Notes under the pieces: generated by a model | The model's input: only the letters and a program-made list of their open reading frames with translations | Told to the model about the DNA's origin: nothing | The model's database searches: none | Assembly (NCBI GenBank): GCA_036274235.1 | Contig: DASUGC010000111.1 | Span: 1 to 55,585 of the forward strand | DNA: 55,585 nucleotides | Source of the DNA: Vicinamibacterales bacterium | Lineage (GTDB): Bacteria > Acidobacteriota > Vicinamibacteria > Vicinamibacterales > SCN-69-37 | Direction: 5' to 3' | Position numbers and translations under genes: made by a program | Shown: in pieces, positions 36,147 to 47,057 of the stretch | Layout of the letters: the number at the start of each line of letters is the position of its first letter | How positions within the stretch are numbered: the first letter of the stretch is position 1

Positions 36147-36413
36147 ATGATCGCCCGCGTGGACTGCTGGATCGGTATCGTTCAGGATGGGAATCGTCGC
36201 GTGGTGCGTTTAGCCGGCCATTTGAGCGACGCCCACGTGCCCGACCTCCTGCGTGTGTGCTCAGACGGGCGCTCCGTGGATCTGGATGTGAGCGATCTCG
36301 TGTCAGCCGACGCCGTCGGCATCGACAGCCTCCGCCGGCTTCGGGACTCAGGCGCCACCGTCATCGGGGCCCACGGGATCATCCAGTTAAAGCTGGATCT
36401 GCCGAGCAGTTGA
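36147..36413 (+). CDS. mini STAS-like protein, paralogue 2
   Basis: 88 aa: MIARVDCWIGIVQDGNRRVVRLAGHLSDAHVPDLLRVCSDGRSVDLDVSDLVSADAVGIDSLRRLRDSGATVIGAHGIIQLKL. It aligns end to end with the 31686 gene at roughly 45-50% identity by eye. GTG 36159 (VDCW) is an alternative start. Confidence 0.6.
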   Translation: MIARVDCWIGIVQDGNRRVVRLAGHLSDAHVPDLLRVCSDGRSVDLDVSDLVSADAVGIDSLRRLRDSGATVIGAHGIIQLKLDLPSS

Positions 36414-36417
36414 AAAC

Positions 36418-36468
36418 GAGGCCGGGACTCATTTCCTGGTGAGCCATCAGGAAATGAGTCCCGGCCTC
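36418..36468. terminator. perfect 21-bp stem hairpin between convergent genes
   Basis: GAGGCCGGGACTCATTTCCTG (36418-36438), loop gtgagccat, then CAGGAAATGAGTCCCGGCCTC (36448-36468). It lies between the mini-STAS stop (36413) and the NarL regulator stop (36469). Confidence 0.65.
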
Positions 36469-37104
36469 TTACTCCATCGTCAGCTTGTTCTCAATCGCGT
36501 ATCGCACCAGCTCGGCCGTGGACCGCACGCCCAGCAGATCCATGATTTCGTACTTGTGGGACTCGACGGTCCGCGGCGAGACGTCCAGAATCGCCCCGAT
36601 TTCCTTCATCCGATGCCCCTTCAGGATCAGCCGCAGGACATCGCGCTGGCGCGGCGTCAGTTCGGGAACGGTCGCGTCCTCGCGCTGGCCCATGCGCTCG
36701 ACAACTTCGCGCGTCATGGCCGGTGTCAGATACAGCCGTCCCTGCGTGACGTGTTCGATGGCCGTGACCAGTTCGTCACCCGCCGAGTCTTTGAGCAGGA
36801 TCCCTGACGCTCCGGCCTTGACCGCGCGCGCCGCCAGATCCGGATCGCGGTGCATCGTCAACACGATGATCTTGCAGGGGAGATGTTCGGCCGTGATGCG
36901 CTCGATTGCTTCCAGCCCGCTCAGCCGCGGCATCGAGATGTCAGAAATGATCACGTCAGGCTTGAGCCGTCGCGCTTCGTGGACCAGCTCCGCCCCGTCA
37001 TTGACGGCGCCCACCAGGTTGAAGTCGTGCTCTTTGAGCAGGCTGACAAGCCCCTCTTTGACGATGGCGTGATCGTCGGCGACCAGAATCGTGGTCTTGC
37101 GCAT
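36469..37104 (-). CDS. NarL/FixJ (LuxR-type HTH) response regulator
   Basis: I trimmed it to ATG 37104 (MRKTTILVADDHAIVKEGL..). The receiver has DD and the phospho-acceptor in VIISDISMP. The C-terminal HTH is LTPRQRDVLRLILKGHRMKEIGAILDVSPRTVESHKYEIM. It is the likely partner of the HisKA_3 kinase at 33805. Confidence 0.92.
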   Translation of the reverse strand: MRKTTILVADDHAIVKEGLVSLLKEHDFNLVGAVNDGAELVHEARRLKPDVIISDISMPRLSGLEAIERITAEHLPCKIIVLTMHRDPDLAARAVKAGASGILLKDSAGDELVTAIEHVTQGRLYLTPAMTREVVERMGQREDATVPELTPRQRDVLRLILKGHRMKEIGAILDVSPRTVESHKYEIMDLLGVRSTAELVRYAIENKLTME

Positions 37105-37259
37105 GGTCACTGATCCTCTCCGCACACGCCGGAGCGGCGCACCGGCGACGGCGGTTGCCCGTTCGGGCGGTCGTCGCCCCACTCACAGCCGGCCGTGTCG
37201 GTTGTGCGGCGAGTCACTCGGCGAATCATATCGTGTCAATCGGGCGCTTGGGCATCCTG

Positions 37260-37275
37260 CGGCACAGGTTGTGCA
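37260..37275 (+). promoter_or_regulatory. weaker candidate sigma-54 promoter cGGCACaggttgTGCA
   Basis: GGCAC and GC are correctly spaced (GG-N10-GC), but the -12 element is gTGCA rather than TTGCA. It lies 51 nt upstream of the DUF4136 start at 37326. Confidence 0.35.
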
Positions 37276-37325
37276 CAAAAGCCCCGGAACAGGCCCTGCA
37301 CGGGCTTCTGTGGAGGATTGCATCG

Positions 37326-37823
37326 ATGAAACGCCTCGTTATCGTGATGGGCCTTCTGGTCGCGGCCGCCGTACTCGCCCAGGCGAGCCAGTTGAAATAT
37401 GGCGCGACCGTCACGGCCGACAAAGCCACTGATTTCACCAAGATCAAGACCTACGTCTGGCAGTCAGGCTGGGACGCGAATGACAAGAAGGTGCACGCCC
37501 AGATCGTGAGCGCCATCGACAAGGAGCTCAAGGACCTCGGACTCACGCTCAAACCGTCCGGGCCAAGCGATGTGATCGTGAAGTACGCGTCGCTGCGGCG
37601 CATCGACGTGCAGGCGGATGTCAGGGGCGACGCCGCATCGGCGCGTCAGCAGCTCGACGTCGGCACGCTCGTTGTCCAGATGCTGGACCCCGGCACCGGC
37701 AAGCAGCTGTTCCACGCGCGGGTTGAAAAACCCATCGAGCTGGGGCCGGATCAGGTTGCGGCGGCCATTTCGTCGGCTGTGGGCGACATCTTCGCGAAGT
37801 ACCCGACACGAGTGAAGAAGTAG
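37326..37823 (+). CDS. DUF4136 domain protein, paralogue 3
   Basis: I trimmed it to ATG 37326, with GGAGGA at 37312. Signal peptide MKRLVIVMGLLVAAAVLAQA is followed by DKATDFTKIKTYVWQ.., IVSAIDKELKDLGL..DVIVKY.., GTLVVQMLDPGTGKQLFHARVE. Confidence 0.7.
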   Translation: MKRLVIVMGLLVAAAVLAQASQLKYGATVTADKATDFTKIKTYVWQSGWDANDKKVHAQIVSAIDKELKDLGLTLKPSGPSDVIVKYASLRRIDVQADVRGDAASARQQLDVGTLVVQMLDPGTGKQLFHARVEKPIELGPDQVAAAISSAVGDIFAKYPTRVKK

Positions 37824-37841
37824 GCCGGGCTCCAGCCCGGC
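37824..37841. terminator. short GC hairpin between convergent genes (GCCGGGC-tcca-GCCCGGC)
   Basis: A 7-bp stem lies immediately after the DUF4136 stop (37823) and before the DUF2490 stop (37855). Confidence 0.45.
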
Positions 37842-37854
37842 GTTCCCGGCGTTG

Positions 37855-38559
37855 TCAGTACGAAATCAGCAAACTGCCCGACAGGATGTGATTCATTCTG
37901 TCGGGCAGCGCATGCCCGGGCGTGAATTGATTGAGATATCCAACCTCGATCCGCACGCGGGAATTGATTGTGCGCCCGGCGCCGGCGAACAGGCGGTTTT
38001 GATCGACGCCTCCCTCCGGGTACCGGCGAGTCTCGTTCACGTGCACGAACAATTCGTCGTAGCCGATGAGTGACGTCCTGCTGCCGGGGGCGATCGGATG
38101 CGTGTATCGCACTTGCTCCCGCAGCCGGTGATCCACACCGTCATTTCTCGCGATGAATCGCTGTTCCAGCCGCGTCCGCCAACTGAACGTTCCGCCGCCG
38201 ACGGCCGCGGTGAACACATACTGTTCGAACCAGCGATACTCCATCAGCGACCCGCCAACCACCGGAAAGGTGGGCGCGAAGGCGAGCCCGCCGCCGATAC
38301 TCGAGTGCCTGTTCAGGGTGTAGCTCAGGATCGGCCGGACCGATGCGGAATCCAGTTGATTGACGCCGTCACGGCTGCGCACGAATGACTCGAACGTCAG
38401 CCGCCATGGGGATGACTTGTTCCATAAGGGCCCCTGCGCGCTGAACGTGAACCAGACGCGTTCATCGGTCATAGTCGGAATCTGGGCGCTCGCCCTGGCC
38501 GCAAGCGCCAGCAGCAGGAAAGCGCTCGCCACCAGGGGCCTCAGTCCACGTTTCATCAT
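37855..38559 (-). CDS. DUF2490-family (putative outer-membrane) protein
   Basis: 234 aa with signal peptide [26 protein letters not shown]. Blocks include [34 protein letters not shown] and [13 protein letters not shown] 38559 overlaps the gpmA stop (ATGA). Confidence 0.6.
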   Translation of the reverse strand: MMKRGLRPLVASAFLLLALAARASAQIPTMTDERVWFTFSAQGPLWNKSSPWRLTFESFVRSRDGVNQLDSASVRPILSYTLNRHSSIGGGLAFAPTFPVVGGSLMEYRWFEQYVFTAAVGGGTFSWRTRLEQRFIARNDGVDHRLREQVRYTHPIAPGSRTSLIGYDELFVHVNETRRYPEGGVDQNRLFAGAGRTINSRVRIEVGYLNQFTPGHALPDRMNHILSGSLLISY

Positions 38560-39302
38560 GTCTGTTTCGTCTGGTTGGCGACGGATTCCGCCGCGCGTCT
38601 TGCCGCGTCCTGATCGCCGAGGTAGTAATGCCGGATGGGCCGCAGGCTGGCGTCCAGTTCGTACACCAGCGGAATACCCGTCGGGATGTTGAGCTCGACG
38701 ATGTCGGCATCGGAGATGCCGTCGAGGTACTTCACCAGTGCGCGCAGGGAGTTTCCGTGCGCGGTGACCAGCACACGGCGCCCCGCCGAAATCGCCGGCG
38801 CGATCGTGCCCGTCCAGTACGGCACGAAGCGCTCGACCGTCTGTTTCAACGCTTCCGTCGATGGGATGTCCACGGCCGGCAGAGCGCTGTAGCGCGGATC
38901 GAACCGCGGATGGCGCGGATCGTCACGATCGAGCGGCGGCGGCATGATGTCGTAGCTGCGGCGCCAGATCTTCGTCTGCGCCTCGCCGTGTCTGGCGGCG
39001 GTCTCGGCCTTGTTCAGTCCCTGCAGCGCGCCGTAGTGGCGCTCGTTGAGGCGCCAGTCCTTTTCGACGGGGATCCACAGCAGATTCAGCTGATCGAGCG
39101 CGATCCAGCACGTGCGAATGGCGCGCGTGAGCACCGAGGTGAAGGCCAGATCGAACGTGAACCCGGCCTCGCCGATTTGCCGCCCCGCCAGCGCCGCCTC
39201 GTCGCGGCCCTTGTCCGTGAGATCGACGTCGGTCCAGCCGGTAAATCGATTCTCTTTGTTCCAGGCGCTCTCGCCATGGCGGAGCAGGACGACTTTGTGC
39301 AC
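38556..39302 (-). CDS. gpmA: 2,3-bisphosphoglycerate-dependent phosphoglycerate mutase
   Basis: 248 aa with the catalytic motif [23 protein letters not shown], plus [12 protein letters not shown] and [11 protein letters not shown]. Confidence 0.95.
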   Translation of the reverse strand: MHKVVLLRHGESAWNKENRFTGWTDVDLTDKGRDEAALAGRQIGEAGFTFDLAFTSVLTRAIRTCWIALDQLNLLWIPVEKDWRLNERHYGALQGLNKAETAARHGEAQTKIWRRSYDIMPPPLDRDDPRHPRFDPRYSALPAVDIPSTEALKQTVERFVPYWTGTIAPAISAGRRVLVTAHGNSLRALVKYLDGISDADIVELNIPTGIPLVYELDASLRPIRHYYLGDQDAARRAAESVANQTKQT

Positions 39303-39314
39303 GCTCGACCTCAG

Positions 39315-42476
<3,162 letters not shown>

Positions 42477-42487
42477 CAACTCGGGAA

Positions 42488-42562
42488 CTGGGGAACTGGG
42501 GCGCCGGGGCGCCGGGGAACGTCGGACACGACACCCGATTCCCCAGCTCCCCAATTCCCCAG
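42488..42562 (+). terminator. long hairpin built from GGGGAACT / (A)ATTCCCC repeats, followed by a T-rich run
   Basis: CTGGGGAACTGGGG (42488-42501) pairs with CCCCAATTCCCCAG (42549-42562) with one mismatch. The interior holds GGGGCGCC GGGGCGCC direct repeats. TTTCTCAATCCGGTTTCTTGGGTTTTT follows. Confidence 0.5.
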
Positions 42563-42579
42563 TTTCTCAATCCGGTTTC

Positions 42580-45507
42580 TTGGGTTTTTCCCGTCAACAA
42601 TTTGGCAATAAGCTACCCTTTGTCGAGCCCGTGACGACCCTGCGCCGAGTCCGATCGCTGTTCCATGTGGTGCTGCCGGTGGCGGTCGCCTCGATCCTGG
42701 TATTCCTCGCGATCGTCAACGTCGCGCTGGTCAAGTCGTGGAAAGGGGAGTTCGAAGACGGGGTCCTCTGGCAGACCGAGGGATCGAATGTCGTGGCCCG
42801 CGAGGTGGATCGATATGGGGCCGGCGCGCGCGCCGGCATTCAGCGCGCAGACGTGCTGCTCATGATCGATCGCCAGGAGGTCTCGAGTGCCGAGGGGGTA
42901 CAGGCGATTCTCCACCAGGCCAGCGGGGAGAGCCGGCCGCGCTACGTCGTGCAGCGGCAATCGGAAGCCGTGCCGCTCGATCTCGAGCTACAGCCCATGC
43001 CGCTCGTGCGCGCGGGACTGTATTACTCGGTCGCGATGGTGGGAATCCTGGCGATTGTCGTCGGCGCGTCGGTCCGCCTCCGCCGGCCGAACGATCGCGC
43101 GACGCTGCATTTCTTCTGGTTGACGGTCGCGTTTTTCGGCGTGATGGCCTTTACGCCGAGCGGCCTCTACAACCGGCTGGATTACTTCTTCGATTGGGCG
43201 GATCTGATCGCCCGGCTCGCTCTGCCGCCGCTGTTTCTGCACTTCGCCTTTGTCTTTCCCGAGCGCGCGGAACCGTGGCTGCGCCCCGGGCGGCAGTGGC
43301 TGCTGGTCGTCATCTACATTCCGGCGTTCGTGCTCGGCATCGCGCGCGTGCTGCTGATGACCGGCGCCGTGGCGAAGCCGGGCGCCGTGGCCGGCCTCGA
43401 GTGGATCGAGCGGTTGTCGCTGATCTATCTGGCCATCTGCCTGCTGGGTGGCCTGGCGGTGATGGTGCGCGCGCTGACGCGGCTCCGCTCGGTCACGGCG
43501 CGGCGTCAGCTCCGCTGGATTGTGTGGGGCTCGTCGCTCGGGGCCTTGCCGTTCATTCTGCTGTATCTGGTCCCGTTCCTGCTGGGACGCGTGCCGCGCG
43601 GCGCCGAGTACACCGCCGTCCTGCTCGGGTGCATTCCGCTGGCCTTTGCCTCGGCCATCGTCCGGTACCGGCTGATGGACATCGAGGTGATTATCAAGAA
43701 GGTCATGGTCGCGGCGGCGGCCGTGATCATGCTCGCGCTGATGTATGTGGGGCTGTCGTGGCTGCTCAACAGACTGCAGCTGCCGGGCGCGGACCAGACG
43801 AACAGCCGCTTCATGGCGCTGCTGGCGACGCTGCTCGTGGCGCTGGTGGCGCCCTGGATGTGGCGCGCGATTCAGGCCGGTCTCGATCGGCTCTACTACC
43901 GCGACCGCTATGACTATCGGCGGGCGCTGCTCAGCTTTACGCGCGATTTGAACAGCGATCTCGTGCTCAGCCGGCTCAGCCAGCGACTGGTCGATCGCAT
44001 TGCCGAAACACTGGGGATCGACCGCATCGCGCTGTTCCTGCCGGATCCGAAAGGTGAGAGCGGGCAGTTTCTGGCCTACGCCGCCGGCGGCCTGTCCATC
44101 GAAACCGTACGGCCGATCGTGTCGGGATCCGTCCTGGCGGTGCGATTGATGGACGGGCAAACCGTCGCCGTTGACGATCCGGTCGGGGCTCGCAGACTCA
44201 CCGGAGACGAGGGCTCGTCGTGGCGCGAAGCCGGCCTGTTCAGCTTCGTGCCGTGCGTGTCCAACGGGCTGACGATTGCCGTCATTGCCGTCAGCCGCCG
44301 GGCCCACGGTGAACCTCTCAGCAGCGAAGACATGAGCCTGCTGACCGCCGTCGCCGGCCAGGCGGCCACGGCGATTGAAAACGCGCGCCTCTATAGCCAA
44401 CTGCAGGACAAGGCCAACGAGATCGAAACCGTGCGTCAGTTCAACGCGAACGTCGTCGAATCGCTGACCGACGCGCTGGTCGTCGTGGACCTGCAGGATC
44501 GCGTCCTGCTCTGGAACCGCCGGGCGGAGACGCTGGTCGGCGTGGACAGCGCGCACGCGGTCGGCCAGCCGATCTCGGATCTGTTCGAGCGCCCGTTCCA
44601 CGACGCGGTTGTCGCGGCCCGGCGGGACGCGCCGTCGGGCACGACGCTCTTCCGCGTGCAGCTGTCAGCGGCCGCAGACGATCGACGCGAAGCGCTCGTC
44701 AACCTCGCCATCGCGCCGCTCGAACGCGATCGCGAGCAGGCGGGCTGGATCCTCGTCATCGCCGACGTCACCGATCGCGCGACGCTCGAGGAGCAGCTCC
44801 GATTGTCCGAGCGCATGGCCTCTATCGGCCTGCTCGCCGCCGGCGTCGCCCACGAGGTGAACACGCCGCTCACCGGCATTTCGAGCTTCACGCAGATGCT
44901 GCTGGATCGATCGGAGCCCGGCGATCCCCGCAAGGAACTGCTGGAAAAGATCGAACGCCAGACGTTCCGCGCGGCCAAGATCGTCAACAACCTGCTGAAC
45001 CTGGCGCGTCCGAATACGAGCGAGGCGCAGGCGGTGGACGTCAACGTGGTCATCGGCGACATCCTGTCGTTGCTCGAGCACCAGCTCCGGACCAGCCGGG
45101 TGCAGGTGCGCCGCGATCTGACCGATCAGGACGTGCCCGTGCGCGGCATCGAGTACAAGCTCCAGCAGGTGTTTCTGAACCTGTTTCTGAACGCGCGCGA
45201 CGCCATGCCGGGCGGCGGGTGGCTGTCGATCTCCACACGCGTGCGCGGGCGCGAAGTGCTTGTCGAGGTGTCCGACACGGGCGTCGGCATTCCGCCCGAG
45301 CATCTGGCGCGCATCTACGATCCGTTTTTCACGACCAAGGCGGAGGGCCGGGGCACGGGGCTCGGCCTCTCGGTCACGTACGGCATCGTGCAGGAGCACG
45401 GCGGCGTACTCGTCTGCGACAGTGCGCCGGGCGAAGGGACGAAGTTCCGGCTCGTGCTGCCCCTGGCCGCCGCCGAGGTTCCCCAACCCGAAGCGCAGCC
45501 TGGTTAG
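42580..45507 (+). CDS. multi-domain sensor histidine kinase (TM, PDZ, polytopic membrane region, GAF, PAS, HisKA, HATPase_c)
   Basis: 975 aa with a TTG start from the track; a nearby GTG (VTTLRR..) is possible. It has a PDZ-like segment (VVAREVDRYGAGARAGIQRADVLLMIDRQEVSS..) and about 7 hydrophobic helices. A GAF domain follows (..GLTIAVIAVSRRAHGEPLSSEDMSLLTAVAGQAATAIENARLY), then PAS. The H-box is GLLAAGVAHEVNTPL, and the N/G boxes are FLNARDAM, DTGVGIP and GTGLGLS. Confidence 0.9.
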   Translation: MGFSRQQFGNKLPFVEPVTTLRRVRSLFHVVLPVAVASILVFLAIVNVALVKSWKGEFEDGVLWQTEGSNVVAREVDRYGAGARAGIQRADVLLMIDRQEVSSAEGVQAILHQASGESRPRYVVQRQSEAVPLDLELQPMPLVRAGLYYSVAMVGILAIVVGASVRLRRPNDRATLHFFWLTVAFFGVMAFTPSGLYNRLDYFFDWADLIARLALPPLFLHFAFVFPERAEPWLRPGRQWLLVVIYIPAFVLGIARVLLMTGAVAKPGAVAGLEWIERLSLIYLAICLLGGLAVMVRALTRLRSVTARRQLRWIVWGSSLGALPFILLYLVPFLLGRVPRGAEYTAVLLGCIPLAFASAIVRYRLMDIEVIIKKVMVAAAAVIMLALMYVGLSWLLNRLQLPGADQTNSRFMALLATLLVALVAPWMWRAIQAGLDRLYYRDRYDYRRALLSFTRDLNSDLVLSRLSQRLVDRIAETLGIDRIALFLPDPKGESGQFLAYAAGGLSIETVRPIVSGSVLAVRLMDGQTVAVDDPVGARRLTGDEGSSWREAGLFSFVPCVSNGLTIAVIAVSRRAHGEPLSSEDMSLLTAVAGQAATAIENARLYSQLQDKANEIETVRQFNANVVESLTDALVVVDLQDRVLLWNRRAETLVGVDSAHAVGQPISDLFERPFHDAVVAARRDAPSGTTLFRVQLSAAADDRREALVNLAIAPLERDREQAGWILVIADVTDRATLEEQLRLSERMASIGLLAAGVAHEVNTPLTGISSFTQMLLDRSEPGDPRKELLEKIERQTFRAAKIVNNLLNLARPNTSEAQAVDVNVVIGDILSLLEHQLRTSRVQVRRDLTDQDVPVRGIEYKLQQVFLNLFLNARDAMPGGGWLSISTRVRGREVLVEVSDTGVGIPPEHLARIYDPFFTTKAEGRGTGLGLSVTYGIVQEHGGVLVCDSAPGEGTKFRLVLPLAAAEVPQPEAQPG

Positions 45508-45520
45508 GACCATCATCCAC

Positions 45521-46906
45521 ATGCCGACGACCAACGCATCCATCCTCGTCGTGGACGACGAGGAAATCATCAGAGAGGCGCTCGAAGCGCTGCTCACCGC
45601 CGAAGGCTATCGGGTCACGACGGCCGCGACCGGCCAGCAGGGACTCGACGCGATCGGCGCGAAGCCCGTGGATGCCGTACTGCTGGATCTGATGCTCCCG
45701 GACAAGACCGGGATCGAAGTGCTGGATGAAATCCGCCGGCAGGACGATGAGCTGCCGGTGATCATGATCACGGCCTACGGCACGATCGAGGGCGCGGTCG
45801 CCGCCACCAAGCAGGGCGCGTTCTACTACTTCACGAAGCCGTTCAAGAACGACGAGGTCCTGGCCGTCCTGCGGAACGCGATCGAACGCCGCCGGCTGGT
45901 CCGCGAAAACCGGGAGTTGCGCGATCGGTTGCGCGCCGGCGCCCACCGCTTTGACGACATCATCGGCGGCAGCGCGCCGATGCGGACCCTGTTCGATCTG
46001 ATCGCCCGCGCCGCGCCGAGCCGCGCGACGGCGCTGATTCAGGGCGAGAGCGGCACGGGCAAGGAACTGGTCGCGCGCGCGTTCCATCGCCGATCCGCGC
46101 GCGCCGACAAGCCGTTCATCACGGTCAATTCCGGCAACTTGCCGCCCGACCTGCTCGAGTCGAACCTGTTCGGTCACGTCAAAGGCGCCTTCACCGGCGC
46201 CGTGTTTCCGAAGCGAGGCCTGTTCGAGCTCGCGGACAAGGGAACCATCTTCTTTGACGAGATCGGCAACATCCCGATCGACACGCAGTCAAAGCTCCTG
46301 CGCGTGATTCAGGAGCGCGAGTTCATGCGGCTCGGCGGCGTGGACACGATCAAAGTGGACGTCCGGATCATCGCCGCCACGAACGTCAGCCTGAAGGACA
46401 TGGTGAAGCAGGGCAGGTTCCGCGAGGATCTGTTCTACCGGCTGAACGTGATTACCGTCGGCCTGCCGGCCCTGCGGGAGCGGCGCGAAGACATCCCGCT
46501 CCTCGTGCAGCACTTCCTGGACAAGTACGGCGAGGAGAGCCGGCGCGGCGCCCTGGTCATGACGCCGGAAGCCATGGACCGTCTGATGGCCTACGACTGG
46601 CCCGGCAACGTGCGCGAGCTCGAAAACGTGATCGAACGGGCGGTCGTGCTCTGCGCCGAACGTGAAATCGGCGTGGACCTGATTCCCGACCACGTCAGCC
46701 CGTTCCCCGTGCTGCCCGCGCCGGACGTCGCGATTCCCCCCGACGGCATCCACTTCCGCGAGGTCATCATCGGCCACGAACGCCGCTACATCGAAGCGGC
46801 CCTCGACGCCGCCGGCGGCGTGCAGAAAAAGGCCGCGGAGCTGCTGCACATCAAGGCGACGACGTTGAACGAAATGATCAAGAGATACGACATCCGCAGG
46901 AAATGA
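45521..46906 (+). CDS. NtrC-family sigma-54-dependent response regulator
   Basis: I trimmed it to ATG 45521 (MPTTNASILVVDDEEIIREAL..AVLLDLMLPD receiver). The AAA+ core has GESGTGKELVARAFH, the GAFTGA loop (FGHVKGAFTGA) and IFFDEIGN. The C-terminal Fis HTH is AAELLHIKATTLNEMIKRY. Confidence 0.93.
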   Translation: MPTTNASILVVDDEEIIREALEALLTAEGYRVTTAATGQQGLDAIGAKPVDAVLLDLMLPDKTGIEVLDEIRRQDDELPVIMITAYGTIEGAVAATKQGAFYYFTKPFKNDEVLAVLRNAIERRRLVRENRELRDRLRAGAHRFDDIIGGSAPMRTLFDLIARAAPSRATALIQGESGTGKELVARAFHRRSARADKPFITVNSGNLPPDLLESNLFGHVKGAFTGAVFPKRGLFELADKGTIFFDEIGNIPIDTQSKLLRVIQEREFMRLGGVDTIKVDVRIIAATNVSLKDMVKQGRFREDLFYRLNVITVGLPALRERREDIPLLVQHFLDKYGEESRRGALVMTPEAMDRLMAYDWPGNVRELENVIERAVVLCAEREIGVDLIPDHVSPFPVLPAPDVAIPPDGIHFREVIIGHERRYIEAALDAAGGVQKKAAELLHIKATTLNEMIKRYDIRRK

Positions 46907-46907
46907 C

Positions 46908-46982
46908 GGGGACGGGGGCGCCGTCCACAGGTTTTGCACGGGGATCAAATGTGCGAAACCTGTGGGCGGCGGCCCCGTCCCC
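46908..46982. terminator. ~27-bp-stem hairpin between convergent genes
   Basis: GGGGACGGGGGCGCCGTCCACAGGTTT (46908-46934) pairs with AAACCTGTGGGCGGCGGCCCCGTCCCC (46956-46982) with 2-3 mismatches. It lies between the NtrC-type regulator stop (46906) and the GT stop (47058). Confidence 0.6.
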
Positions 46983-47057
46983 CTGACTGGCCGGCCATCG
47001 GCATTGCACCATCAACGGTCGCAGAACGCCGGGCTGAAGCCCGGCGGCTACGGCGGC

